Notes under the pieces: generated by a model
The model's input: the letters and a program-made list of their open reading frames with translations, nothing else
Databases searched by the model: none
What the model was told of the DNA's origin: nothing
Program-made: the position numbers and the translations under genes
Part shown: one piece after another, positions 28,815 to 36,961 of the stretch
How positions within the stretch are numbered: position 1 is the first letter of the stretch
How the letters are laid out: the number at the start of each line of letters is the position of its first letter
Virus record (IMG/VR): IMGVR_UViG_3300049482_000044
Span: 1-64,000 of that record
From: a virus
Lineage: Duplodnaviria; Heunggongvirae; Uroviricota; Caudoviricetes
Strand: one strand, 5' to 3'
DNA: 64,000 nt

Positions 28815-29029
28815 CTAAAACAAATGAAACAGAATATGCAGGCATCGCTCTTCTTATTCTAATAATCCTCGGCGTCGTGGCGTTATTCGTACAGGCATGG
28901 ATCTTTATGCTTATCGCGGGTGGGCTGTCTACGTTCATTGAATGGATCCCCCCGTTCGGTTACGGAGAGTCACTGCTTATTGTCTTTGGGCTTAACTTTC
29001 TCGCAGGCATCTTCCGCTCTGTTCGATAG
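28811..29029 (+). CDS. small two-TM membrane protein (holin-like)
   Basis: 72 aa with two hydrophobic helices and a charged C-terminus. Confidence 0.3.
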   Translation: MTKTNETEYAGIALLILIILGVVALFVQAWIFMLIAGGLSTFIEWIPPFGYGESLLIVFGLNFLAGIFRSVR

Positions 29030-29057
29030 TTGGTTTTATAATTTGTCATGCTATAAT
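29030..29057 (+). promoter_or_regulatory. sigma70-type promoter TTGGTT-N16-TATAAT
   Basis: Consensus -10 TATAAT at 29052-29057, upstream of the small ORF 29097..29255. Confidence 0.4.
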
Positions 29058-29096
29058 TAAGTGTTCTAGAACATTTGATTGGAAGGTGACATATAT

Positions 29097-29255
29097 ATGC
29101 CAACGGAGACAGCAACCGCACGTCGTAACCGCACAGTTGATGCACAATCTACTGAGCGCAAGAATCGTGCTTACAAGTTCATGCCTCAGGAGCGCGCCCA
29201 GCGTCAGTACGTTGATGGTGCAACTACACTGTGGACCCTAGTTCAGACCCTCTGA
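29097..29255 (+). CDS. small basic protein (52 aa), not in the ORF track
   Basis: ATG preceded by GGAAGGTGA; bracketed by the promoter at 29030 and the terminator at 29275. Confidence 0.4.
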   Translation: MPTETATARRNRTVDAQSTERKNRAYKFMPQERAQRQYVDGATTLWTLVQTL

Positions 29256-29274
29256 TCTAGTCTGAAATTTGGTC

Positions 29275-29304
29275 GAACCGCATCATCTTTGGTGCGGTTC
29301 TTCC
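29275..29304 (+). terminator. rho-independent terminator
   Basis: GAACCGCA-N10-TGCGGTTC hairpin followed by TTCTTCC. Confidence 0.45.
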
Positions 29305-29305
29305 A

Positions 29306-29334
29306 TTGACAGACCTAAACTGATCGGCTAGGAT
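29306..29334 (+). promoter_or_regulatory. promoter TTGACA-N17-TAGGAT
   Basis: Perfect -35, 17-nt spacer and TAnnnT-type -10, upstream of the SPFH gene. Confidence 0.45.
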
Positions 29335-29375
29335 ACTCGTATCGCTGCAACCCGCAGCCCTAACGAAAGGTTCTC

Positions 29376-30299
29376 ATGGGAACTCTTATTTTTATGAGCC
29401 TCGTCGCCGTACTTGGACTTGTTGGACTTCTCCTTCTCGTTCGCCCGCCCAAGTTCGAGGTCGATGATGCCGGGGATCGCTACACAGAAGCCTCGACTAA
29501 GTCGTTTACCAAGTGGGTTAGAGTATCAGGAGCAGTTGTTCTGGCCCTGTCTCTGCTTATTATCATCCCGTCCAGCATTAAGTCTATCGACGCTACCGAT
29601 GTAGGTGTCCCGATTACTCTCGGGCAGCCTGGTGACCCTCTCGGCCCCGGCCCGCACCTGACGCTCCCCTGGACTACCGTGTCCAGCCTTGACGTCAAGA
29701 CTCAGGTATTGAACATGGACGACGACAACGAAATCAAGACTGTCACGTCCGACCGAGTCCAGACGCCTGTTGACGTCTCGGTTTACTTTTCCGTAGACAA
29801 GGCTCGCGCCGCTACGCTACTGTTGACGGTGGGCGAGGATTACGTAGACAAGATCGTCCGTCCTCTCACCCGCTCCACTGTCTATGACAAGGGAAGCACT
29901 TATTCCGCTGACAACATTCAGACTCAGCGGGATGCCTATGAGGATTCCGTAAAGGCTGCGCTGCTCCCCATCCTTGCTGCTCGTGGTATTATTCTGGAAA
30001 AGATCGAGATTCGTAAGATCCAGTTGCCCGACGCTATTTTACAGAACGCTCAGGCAAAGATCAACTCTGAGGAAATCCAGAAGCGTACTAAGATCGACGC
30101 TGAAACCAAGGTGATCGAAGCAACGGCGCAGGCTAAGGCCAATGAGATCCTTGCTGACTCGATCAAGCAGAATAAGGATGTCTGTCAACTGCTGCTCGTC
30201 CAGGGTCTTTCTACTGGAAAGATCACCGGCCCGCTGTACGTTAACCCCTGCGGGACCGACTCTGGAACCAGTCCGCTCTTGACGAAGTCTGTCGGCTAA
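29376..30299 (+). CDS. SPFH/band-7 (stomatin/prohibitin-like) membrane protein
   Basis: N-terminal TM; central SPFH-like region followed by a long coiled-coil alpha-helical tail (EIRKIQLPDAILQNAQAKINSEEIQKRTKIDAETKVIEATAQAKANEIL). Confidence 0.55.
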   Translation: MGTLIFMSLVAVLGLVGLLLLVRPPKFEVDDAGDRYTEASTKSFTKWVRVSGAVVLALSLLIIIPSSIKSIDATDVGVPITLGQPGDPLGPGPHLTLPWTTVSSLDVKTQVLNMDDDNEIKTVTSDRVQTPVDVSVYFSVDKARAATLLLTVGEDYVDKIVRPLTRSTVYDKGSTYSADNIQTQRDAYEDSVKAALLPILAARGIILEKIEIRKIQLPDAILQNAQAKINSEEIQKRTKIDAETKVIEATAQAKANEILADSIKQNKDVCQLLLVQGLSTGKITGPLYVNPCGTDSGTSPLLTKSVG

Positions 30300-30360
30300 G
30301 GTATACTCTTAGCATCAGGGAAGCAGAGGGTGGCGTCTACCTCTTTAAAAACAGCCTAAT

Positions 30361-30434
30361 GGCCTACTATTCCAATGGTAGAGAAAACGGGTTCAAACTC
30401 CGTACAGGTCTCGGTTCGAGTCCGAGGTAGGCTA
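30361..30434 (+). tRNA. tRNA with Leu anticodon CAA but a short variable loop (class-I-like), discriminator A
   Basis: Acceptor GGCCTAC/GTAGGCT, D-loop AATGGTA, anticodon stem ACGGG/TCCGT with loop TTCAAAC, T-arm CTCGG-TTCGAGT-CCGAG; variable loop only 6 nt. Confidence 0.45.
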
Positions 30435-30435
30435 C

Positions 30436-30508
30436 GCTCCCTTATCCCAACGGTAGAGGAAAACGGTTTAAGCCCGTCCGAGTGTCAGTTCGAATCTGAC
30501 AGGGAGTA
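30436..30508 (+). tRNA. tRNA with Leu anticodon UAA but a short variable loop, CCA encoded
   Basis: Acceptor GCTCCCT/AGGGAGT, anticodon loop TTTAAGC, T-arm GTCAG-TTCGAAT-CTGAC, 3-prime ACCA; 5-nt variable loop. Confidence 0.45.
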
Positions 30509-30520
30509 CCAGAAGCATCT

Positions 30521-31321
30521 ATGATAGACTACTCACAAGATCCACCTCTAACTAGGAGACTAATGACTTACCCTGAGTTCGAACTTATCCCCGCCCCGCT
30601 TGATGCCAAGCCTGAGGATATTGAGAAGATCGTTTCTGCAAACACCGCGATCCTTGACTATCGTGAAAAGGTCCGCGAGGCCGGTGATGATCATCTGCTT
30701 GACGACATTGAGCGCCAAAAGGCTGTCATGGATCTTGACAAGCAGCGTCTAGAACTCGACCGCTTGCAGCACTTCCTTGCGCGGGATGCAGATACGTACC
30801 GCTACAAGAACGGCATCTTCACACTCTACGACTATGTAGACGACTATTCCGTCAAGCAGGTCATCAGTGACATTACCGTGTGGCACAGCAATACTCCGAA
30901 GGGCACACCGCTGCAACTGAATATCAACAGTTATGGTGGGTCTGTGACTGACGGGTTCGCCCTGTTCGACACCCTCCGCTTTGTTGCAGAGGACGGTGAG
31001 CGCAAGATCAAGACCGTAAGCCTTGGCATCACCGCCTCGATGGGCGGGGTTCTATTGCAGGCTGGCGACGAGCGCGTTATGACTCCTTCCAGCATCCTGC
31101 TGATCCACGAAATCAGTTACAGCGCCCGTGGCTCGGTATCGAGCCACAAGGACGGCAGGGAAATGACTGACATTCTTTCTGACCGTATCATCGAGGTATT
31201 CGGTGAGCGTGCGCTGATCAGCGAGGAAGAGTTCAAAAAGAACTGGGACCGTCGTGACTGGTGGCTGTCTGCTAAGGATGCCCTGAGCAACGGTTTCTGT
31301 GACCGCGTAGCCTTTAACTGA
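30521..31321 (+). CDS. ClpP/NfeD-like serine protease (S14/S49 class)
   Basis: INSYGGSVTDGFALFDTLRF and GITASMGGVLL follow the ClpP GxSxxG oxyanion and active-site Ser pattern; N-terminal coiled coil. Confidence 0.5.
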   Translation: MIDYSQDPPLTRRLMTYPEFELIPAPLDAKPEDIEKIVSANTAILDYREKVREAGDDHLLDDIERQKAVMDLDKQRLELDRLQHFLARDADTYRYKNGIFTLYDYVDDYSVKQVISDITVWHSNTPKGTPLQLNINSYGGSVTDGFALFDTLRFVAEDGERKIKTVSLGITASMGGVLLQAGDERVMTPSSILLIHEISYSARGSVSSHKDGREMTDILSDRIIEVFGERALISEEEFKKNWDRRDWWLSAKDALSNGFCDRVAFN

Positions 31322-31355
31322 GGCAAGACAGCAAAACCTACAATAAGGAGAAAAC

Positions 31356-31547
31356 ATGAGTTTTAGCATCACGCTCGATAAGAACGACGACGGTACGTAT
31401 AAGGTCACTACCACATCCCCCGAGACCCTTCCGGCAAAACTGAGGATCGATGGGCACGTTGAGTCTGATGGGCAGGTGGTTGATCTGTCCGTGCGGGCAG
31501 CAAACCTCTACGCTTCGGCCAGCCGCAGGAATACTCCCGTCTACTAG
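31356..31547 (+). CDS. hypothetical protein
   Basis: 63-aa ORF with SD AAGGAGAAAAC. Confidence 0.35.
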   Translation: MSFSITLDKNDDGTYKVTTTSPETLPAKLRIDGHVESDGQVVDLSVRAANLYASASRRNTPVY

Positions 31548-32105
31548 ATTTAACTGATGGAAGGTGGGGCGCTGCTCTTGAAAGCCAGCGTACGCTTAAA
31601 TGACAGAGGCTAAGTATCTGCGCCCACTATCCATTGACACACCCGCTTCCAACTGATAGGATTCAGACATGAAGGTTAAGAACAAGGACATTTATTCCAC
31701 CAACCAGGCGTGGCTAGACACCATCGCGGAAGAGTACGAATCTGCTGGATTCTCAGTGGTCAGAGGGCAGGGCAAACTTACTGTCCTTGTACTCACTCCG
31801 AAGAAAGAAAAGCCGAGCAAGGATGACAGGAAGGGCCAGAAGCGTGAGCCAAAGCGAGCCGGTGCCCGCATGGATGACCGGGCCAAGAATTGATCTTGAC
31901 GATGTAGAGTTGGGTCTAGGCAGTAGGTATTACCACGAAATTGCCAAGGCGCACGCTCTAATTGACATAGCACGTAGTCTTCGTGTTATAATTGAACAGA
32001 ACGCTAAGGAATAGCCACCCGAAAGTTGGCGTCGGGGCCTGTTTGCTAAACAGAGTGGTCGCAAGGCCGTGCAGGATCATCCCCTGTCTATTCCGCGCAA
32101 GTCAG

Positions 32106-32437
32106 GGGGGCGAAAGGTAATCGATTTCGTTTCGGAAGTATGAAGTGGCAGCGGGCGCGGTTACCCTAAGTAACCAACAACAAAATAAACGACGAAACAA
32201 ACCAGATTGTTGCAGCAGCAATGCTCAACATCGACGCCGAGTACGAGGCACTTTGTGCCGAGTACGCTCTCATCACTGTATGAGTGGCCGGGTGTCAGCG
32301 ACCTAGGAACAGAACGCTGAAAACCGCCTGAGAGGGCACCCTGTAATGCCAGCAACAAAGAATAACCGGCAGGATGCATCGCTGTATCTGTGACATATAA
32401 TGAACGAAAGACGCGGGTTCGAATCCCGCCGCCTCCA
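32106..32437 (+). ncRNA. ssrA: tmRNA (ssrA-like), about 332 nt
   Basis: 5-prime GGGGGCG pairs with 3-prime CGCCTCC-A; 3-prime end GACGCGGGTTCGAATCCCGCCGCCTCCACC is near-identical in form to bacterial tmRNA TLD; internal AAACGACGAAAC resume-region homolog; tag ORF ends ...AEYALITV-TGA at 32281. Confidence 0.65.
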
Positions 32438-32451
32438 CCTAAGGAGCAATA

Positions 32452-32706
32452 ATGCTTTTAGTAACAACTGAGTCTGGCACATACTACACCATTGACGAAG
32501 AAAACCACTGGGTTAAGCGCAGTTCTGAGCGACCGTTAAAGTGGATCAGCGACGGAGTAAGACCAGAAGATATCGACGTAGATGGACGCCGTCCTTACGA
32601 TGCGCTCTACCCGCTTGATATCGGCGGGTCCGTGTACGCTCTATACAGGGATGGTACATTTTCTATGTCCACCGCCATTGTAAGCATCGAGACTATTGGA
32701 GAATAA
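32452..32706 (+). CDS. hypothetical protein
   Basis: 84-aa ORF starting right after the tmRNA, SD AAGGAG. Confidence 0.4.
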   Translation: MLLVTTESGTYYTIDEENHWVKRSSERPLKWISDGVRPEDIDVDGRRPYDALYPLDIGGSVYALYRDGTFSMSTAIVSIETIGE

Positions 32707-33332
32707 TGCGTCATAAGTTTCGTATGCAGACTGATCTGCGTAAATTCTTCGCAACCTCTGACCTGCACTTTGGTCACCAGATGATGGCAACCAAGATTCG
32801 CGGGTTCCACGACATTCTTGAACACGACGAGTATCTTATTCGTAAGTGGAACAGCGTAGTACCGATGGACGGTATCGTGCTGATGCTTGGCGACATTAGT
32901 TTTTCTAACCGTCTGAATACTGAGGCCATACTTAACCGTCTCAATGGTGAAAAGTATGTTGTTCCTGGCAACCACGATGACAGCAAGCGTCTGGCGTATT
33001 GGTTCGGTGATAATGTTCTTCCTGAACTTACCAATGTTAAGTTGACTGGTACACAGCCAAACGAAATCGTACAGTTTGTTGCAAGCCACTACCCGCTAGC
33101 AGCATGGGACGGCTCTGACAAGGGCACCCTGCAATTGCACGGGCACCTGCACAGCAAGAACAACCGTTCCGATGCTCATTTCTGCGCCCCGTACCTCGGG
33201 GCGGGGTCTAGGTACGACATAGGTATTGACAACGCTTCATGGTTCGGCTATGATCGTAGTCCTATCCCAATCAAGACCGTCTGGTCTAGGCACCAGTCGC
33301 AGTTATCATCTAAGGCGGTGGCTCGTGGATGA
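32706..33332 (+). CDS. calcineurin-like metallophosphoesterase
   Basis: FATSDLHFGH, MLGDISF and VVPGNHDD are the three canonical MPE motifs. Confidence 0.6.
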   Translation: MRHKFRMQTDLRKFFATSDLHFGHQMMATKIRGFHDILEHDEYLIRKWNSVVPMDGIVLMLGDISFSNRLNTEAILNRLNGEKYVVPGNHDDSKRLAYWFGDNVLPELTNVKLTGTQPNEIVQFVASHYPLAAWDGSDKGTLQLHGHLHSKNNRSDAHFCAPYLGAGSRYDIGIDNASWFGYDRSPIPIKTVWSRHQSQLSSKAVARG

Positions 33333-33442
33333 ACTAGAAGGGCAGTTAGAACTGTTCGGTCTTGACGAGTTCGAGTAGAACTGCTATACTAAGTTCACGA
33401 CATCGGAGAGGGTAAGAGCACCTCTTAAAAAACGCTCTCCAT

Positions 33443-33513
33443 ACCCCGGTCGTCTAACGGCAGGACAACGGTTTTTGGCACCGTTTATCGAAGTTCGAAT
33501 CTTCGCTGGGGTG
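33443..33513 (+). tRNA. tRNA-Gln (UUG)
   Basis: Acceptor ACCCCGG/CTGGGGT, D GTCT-AACGGCA-GGAC, anticodon stem ACGGT/ACCGT with loop TTTTGGC, T-arm CGAAG-TTCGAAT-CTTCG. Confidence 0.6.
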
Positions 33514-33683
33514 CTTGGGCAGGGCGGGCTACAGGATGGACTGTATAACCCGTCGATACGAACAGGATGTTCCACCTGGACCCATAAACGGAATATGCCA
33601 CTATAACATAAAAGTAATGTACCTGTCTTGTAAACAGGAAAAGAGGGGGCAGTACCTTCTTGTGGCTCGCAATAACTAAATAT

Positions 33684-33754
33684 GGGTCACTAGTGTATCG
33701 GAAACACATTTGCTTCCAACCCAAAAATGCCAGGTTCGACTCCTGGGTGGCCTG
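33684..33754 (+). tRNA. tRNA-Trp (CCA)
   Basis: Acceptor GGGTCAC/GTGGCCT, D GTGT-ATCGGAA-ACAC, anticodon loop TTCCAAC, T-arm CCAGG-TTCGACT-CCTGG. Confidence 0.55.
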
Positions 33755-33758
33755 CTCG

Positions 33759-33831
33759 CGGATATTAGTATATCGGTAGATTACGACTGGCTGATAACCA
33801 GTAAAGGGAAGTTCAACTCTTCCATATCCGA
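33759..33831 (+). tRNA. tRNA-Ile (GAU)
   Basis: Acceptor CGGATAT/ATATCCG, anticodon stem ACTGG/CCAGT with loop CTGATAA, T-arm GGAAG-TTCAACT-CTTCC. Confidence 0.6.
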
Positions 33832-33882
33832 CGAGGTTCGATTCTCGATGACCTTGCCAATTAACAAGCGGAATCGTAGTAA

Positions 33883-33955
33883 TGGCAGGTGGTGTGTTGG
33901 CTCGCCAAGATGATTCTGACTCATCCCTACATAGGTTCGATCCCTGTCCTGCCAG
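33883..33955 (+). tRNA. tRNA-Gln (CUG)
   Basis: Acceptor TGGCAGG/CCTGCCA, anticodon stem GATGA/TCATC with loop TTCTGAC, T-arm ATAGG-TTCGATC-CCTGT. Confidence 0.5.
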
Positions 33956-33960
33956 CCTAT

Positions 33961-34006
33961 ATGGTAGCACGTTGACAAAACTAAGTTGACGTGCTACCAT
34001 TAGTAC
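33961..34006 (+). promoter_or_regulatory. leaderless promoter TTGACA-N17-TACCAT-N6-ATG inside an 11-bp inverted repeat
   Basis: ATGGTAGCACG...CGTGCTACCAT inverted repeat brackets TTGACA(33972)-17nt-TACCAT(33995), six nt before the ATG of gene 34007. Confidence 0.5.
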
Positions 34007-34720
34007 ATGACCCCAAGAAAAACTTCCATCTGGTGGGATGAGCAGGCCGTCTTAAGCGCCTGGGATGGTGCTAAATCTCAAAAACAGATATTGCAAAGAC
34101 TGGGGCAGAAAATGGGCTCAGGAAACTATGCTAATTTAAGAGCCTTCGCGGAGAGGTATGGGCTAGAGATACCAATTTTCCATTCGGACCTTTCATATCT
34201 AAGAGAATATAGAAAAATATCTGACGATGAGTATTATTCTAAAGGAATAAAAAGGGGTGGGTCCAACCTTCGAATTAGATTGCTTCGTGACGGTCATCTA
34301 CAAGATAAATGCTATGCATGTGGTCTCGGTAATGTATGGAATGATTTACCCATCGTCATGACAGTTGAGCATATAGATGGTGATAACTTAAACAACGCAC
34401 TTGATAATCTTACCTTTCTGTGTCACAACTGTCACAGTCAGACTGTTACATTTTCTGGAAGAAACGTAAAAAATCGACTGGCTAAGTCAATATACTTCTG
34501 CGGCGACGGTTGTGGTAAGAGAGTCACGAGCAGTGGTAATTTTTGTGGGGCCTGCCGAGGGGCAAAGAGAAGAAAAATCAACTGGCCGGACCTTGACGAA
34601 CTAGACTCCCTTGTGGTAGAGTATGGTTATAGCGGTGCTGGCAAGAAACTGGGAGTCTCAGACTCTTCTGTTAGAAAAGCCCTTAATCGTTTAAAGAAAG
34701 AACATACCGCCGTCGCTTAA
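34007..34720 (+). CDS. HNH homing endonuclease with C-terminal DNA-binding region
   Basis: CYACGLGNVWNDLPIVMTVEHIDGDNLNNALDNLTFLCHNCH HNH core; C-terminal HTH-like region. Confidence 0.6.
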   Translation: MTPRKTSIWWDEQAVLSAWDGAKSQKQILQRLGQKMGSGNYANLRAFAERYGLEIPIFHSDLSYLREYRKISDDEYYSKGIKRGGSNLRIRLLRDGHLQDKCYACGLGNVWNDLPIVMTVEHIDGDNLNNALDNLTFLCHNCHSQTVTFSGRNVKNRLAKSIYFCGDGCGKRVTSSGNFCGACRGAKRRKINWPDLDELDSLVVEYGYSGAGKKLGVSDSSVRKALNRLKKEHTAVA

Positions 34721-34779
34721 TGGACATAGCACTTCGCTACGAACGAAGAATAATGCAGGTTCGATCCCTGCCGGTGGTA
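34706..34779 (+). tRNA. tRNA-Arg (ACG)
   Basis: Acceptor ACCGCCG/CGGTGGT, D-loop AATGG, anticodon stem CTTCG/CGAAG with loop CTACGAA, T-arm GCAGG-TTCGATC-CCTGC; overlaps the last 15 nt of the HNH gene. Confidence 0.6.
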
Positions 34780-34801
34780 CTCCTACTAACGAAAGGCCGT
34801 C

Positions 34802-34987
34802 ATGGAAATTGATGACTTCGTTCTAGAAAACATCTTTTACAAGTCGTTCTACAACGACAATGAACACTACGTCTGGTGGCGTGAGTGCTGGGCTGAAGGT
34901 GCTGGATATATCGTAATCTGGCCCAACGGCGAGCATTTGCATGCCTATCACTATCCGCCCACCTTTACTGAAGGTCGAGATTACTAA
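34802..34987 (+). CDS. hypothetical protein
   Basis: 61-aa ORF, Trp/Tyr-rich. Confidence 0.35.
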   Translation: MEIDDFVLENIFYKSFYNDNEHYVWWRECWAEGAGYIVIWPNGEHLHAYHYPPTFTEGRDY

Positions 34988-35568
34988 TGCCTAACGGTTA
35001 TACAGCCGGTGTTGTCGATGGTACAGCAACCGCAGCAGATTATCTTAATTCATGCGCCCGCAGTCGCGGTTTTGCTATCATGCAGCGCGATGAGTCGCTA
35101 GATGCGCCTGTGAGGTATCGCAAGCGCTCGGCATACTACGATGATTCGATCAAAAAGGCCCGCCAGGAACTTGACGAGTGGCTGAATATGACCAGCCAGG
35201 AAACAAAGCAGGCCTACTACGAATACGTTGATCGTATCCGCCAGTCAAATAAAGACAGCATAGCGGAGGCGGCTATCGTCCTCGCTCGTATTCAGGCAGT
35301 GCGTGACGCCATTGTTCCGCTAGATTGGCCCGATGAACTTCACTCCATGCGCGACGATGCATTGAAGATGCTTGATGATACTGAAGCATGGGATGCCAAG
35401 CCCTATACGTCCTCAATTCAACCATATGACGAATGGGTGGCTGCGCGAGGTGACTATCTTCGCAGATCATTAGGCAGTTCAGAAAAGTACGCTCAGGAAG
35501 AAACCGAGCGGGTTGAGCAGGCTAACCACTATATTGACTTGTTCCACAAGGTTTTGGAGCAATTGTGA
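34987..35568 (+). CDS. hypothetical protein
   Basis: 193-aa ORF overlapping the previous stop. Confidence 0.4.
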   Translation: MPNGYTAGVVDGTATAADYLNSCARSRGFAIMQRDESLDAPVRYRKRSAYYDDSIKKARQELDEWLNMTSQETKQAYYEYVDRIRQSNKDSIAEAAIVLARIQAVRDAIVPLDWPDELHSMRDDALKMLDDTEAWDAKPYTSSIQPYDEWVAARGDYLRRSLGSSEKYAQEETERVEQANHYIDLFHKVLEQL

Positions 35569-35737
35569 AGTTTCTGATCAAGATTCTTGGTGTTATTCCT
35601 CTCGTAGCCTATATGGTGTTTGTGATGAAGGTCCAGCCGCCCGCCGATTTTATTGTTTTACTTTTCTGGTGGTTCGGATTCTGGGTTTTTGTCGGAATCA
35701 AACAGGCTGTTGACATATACGCGGAGGATGAATACTG

Positions 35738-36085
35738 ATGAAACTAGACCAGCCGGTAATAATCTTGTTCTATGGAGGGCCGATTCATGGCTCTAAAAGG
35801 GTTGTGGGTGATAGCACTGTAATCGCCAACTCAATGCCGAAGCAGCGGGTGGTTTGGGCCAAAGATTCGGCAGACCCATACGCTATTGCAAACTTTAGAC
35901 GCACCCAGTATTCTATGCGACAGGTAGCCCGAGCAGATCACTCGGCTAGACTAGGCCTAGTTAATAGTCGCTACTCATATGTTATGATTCCAGATGGTAA
36001 GACATATAACTGGAACAAGGTATGGCGCATGATGGAGCGGTACAACTGCATGCCAATGTTAAAGACAGAGACAACTTCGATCTAG
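35738..36085 (+). CDS. hypothetical protein
   Basis: 115-aa ORF. Confidence 0.4.
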   Translation: MKLDQPVIILFYGGPIHGSKRVVGDSTVIANSMPKQRVVWAKDSADPYAIANFRRTQYSMRQVARADHSARLGLVNSRYSYVMIPDGKTYNWNKVWRMMERYNCMPMLKTETTSI

Positions 36086-36091
36086 AACCAC

Positions 36092-36120
36092 TTGACAGGC
36101 TCTAGACCGTCTGATATAGT
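36092..36120 (+). promoter_or_regulatory. sigma70-type promoter TTGACA-N17-TATAGT
   Basis: Near-consensus hexamers at the head of the tRNA block 36.2-36.9 kb. Confidence 0.5.
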
Positions 36121-36266
36121 TATACCAAGTTGAAGCAGCCGGTGGCTCCACGAAAAACGCGAAAGTAGTGGAACAGTAATTGAATAGAGATCACCTGACT
36201 TAAACTTTCCGTGGCCGTTTAGCGGCGGCAATAAATCGGACGTCTACCCGCGATAAGGGGAGTCCT

Positions 36267-36337
36267 GGGGGGCGCAGTGTAATGGTTGCACTACTCTTTT
36301 GCAAGGAGTCAGAGGGGTTCGAGTCCCACGCTTTCCA
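36267..36337 (+). tRNA. tRNA-Ala-like (UGC), imperfect stems, CCA encoded
   Basis: Anticodon stem ACTCT/GGAGT with loop TTTGCAA; G3-U70 present; T-stem only 3-4 bp, so possibly degenerate. Confidence 0.35.
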
Positions 36338-36541
36338 CCACCAAGTCCTGTCCGCATGAGATAGGCGAGTCTGCACTTGTATGGAGGCAGATGACCGGCC
36401 CGGTCGGCTACAGGGTATTAACGTTTGGCTACGAAGTGTGAAAATCTCTCCCCTTGGAACTATGTGGGTAGGCTAACGATAGGTGACGACCTTCGGTATT
36501 CAGTCCGACGCACCGCTGCAACGCGATACGGAGCAGCACGA

Positions 36542-36611
36542 GGACCAGTCGCTAACGGTAAGCACGTTGCTTTACACGCAACCGATGGGGGTTCGATTCC
36601 CTCCTGGTCTA
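36542..36611 (+). tRNA. tRNA-Val (UAC)
   Basis: Acceptor GGACCAG/CTGGTCT, D GCT-AACGGTA-AGC, anticodon stem GTTGC/GCAAC with loop TTTACAC, T-arm GGGGG-TTCGATT-CCCTC. Confidence 0.55.
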
Positions 36612-36701
36612 CGTTAACTAAGAGCGATGAATGACGAAGTCCCGGCGGGGAGTCGTCAGTAGCCCGCCCCTCATAACGTTCTAGAGGCTCTGGTTGATAA
36701 T

Positions 36702-36782
36702 GCTCTCGTGGCGCAACGGTTGACGCGCTTGACTTAGGATCAAGTTTCTTCGGATATGTCGGTTCGAATCCGACCGGGAGTA
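36702..36782 (+). tRNA. tRNA-Leu (UAG), class II with long variable arm
   Basis: Anticodon stem CTTGA/TCAAG with loop CTTAGGA; 13-nt variable arm containing a C(UUCG)G hairpin; T-arm GTCGG-TTCGAAT-CCGAC. Confidence 0.6.
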
Positions 36783-36862
36783 CGTGTAATAACGCTCTGA
36801 ATCAGGTGATTAATCTACTCTCATAAGGTAGGTAGTCTGGATCGTTACCAGGCTGAGCGACT

Positions 36863-36934
36863 CTATCCGAAGTGGAGGCATCAACACTTGCACTGTGACT
36901 GCAAGTATCGCCGGTTCGAATCCGGTCGGATAGC
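36863..36934 (+). tRNA. tRNA-His (GUG), CCA encoded
   Basis: Acceptor CTATCCG/CGGATAG, anticodon stem TTGCA/TGCAA with loop CTGTGAC, T-arm GCCGG-TTCGAAT-CCGGT, discriminator C. Confidence 0.55.
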
Positions 36935-36961
36935 CCACGTAACTACTATGATAGGATCAAA

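Noticed and set aside
32161-32379. Minus-strand 72-aa ORF inside the tmRNA
   Set aside because: Lies entirely within a well-supported tmRNA gene on the opposite strand.
33384-34000. Minus-strand ORFs 33384..33575 and 33485..34000 (171 aa)
   Set aside because: They span four canonical plus-strand tRNA genes and lack an RBS; they are an artefact of the stop-free antisense frame.
36425-36634. Plus-strand 69-aa ORF overlapping tRNA-Val
   Set aside because: Overlaps a canonical tRNA; no RBS; Arg/Ala-rich composition typical of spurious GC-frame ORFs.
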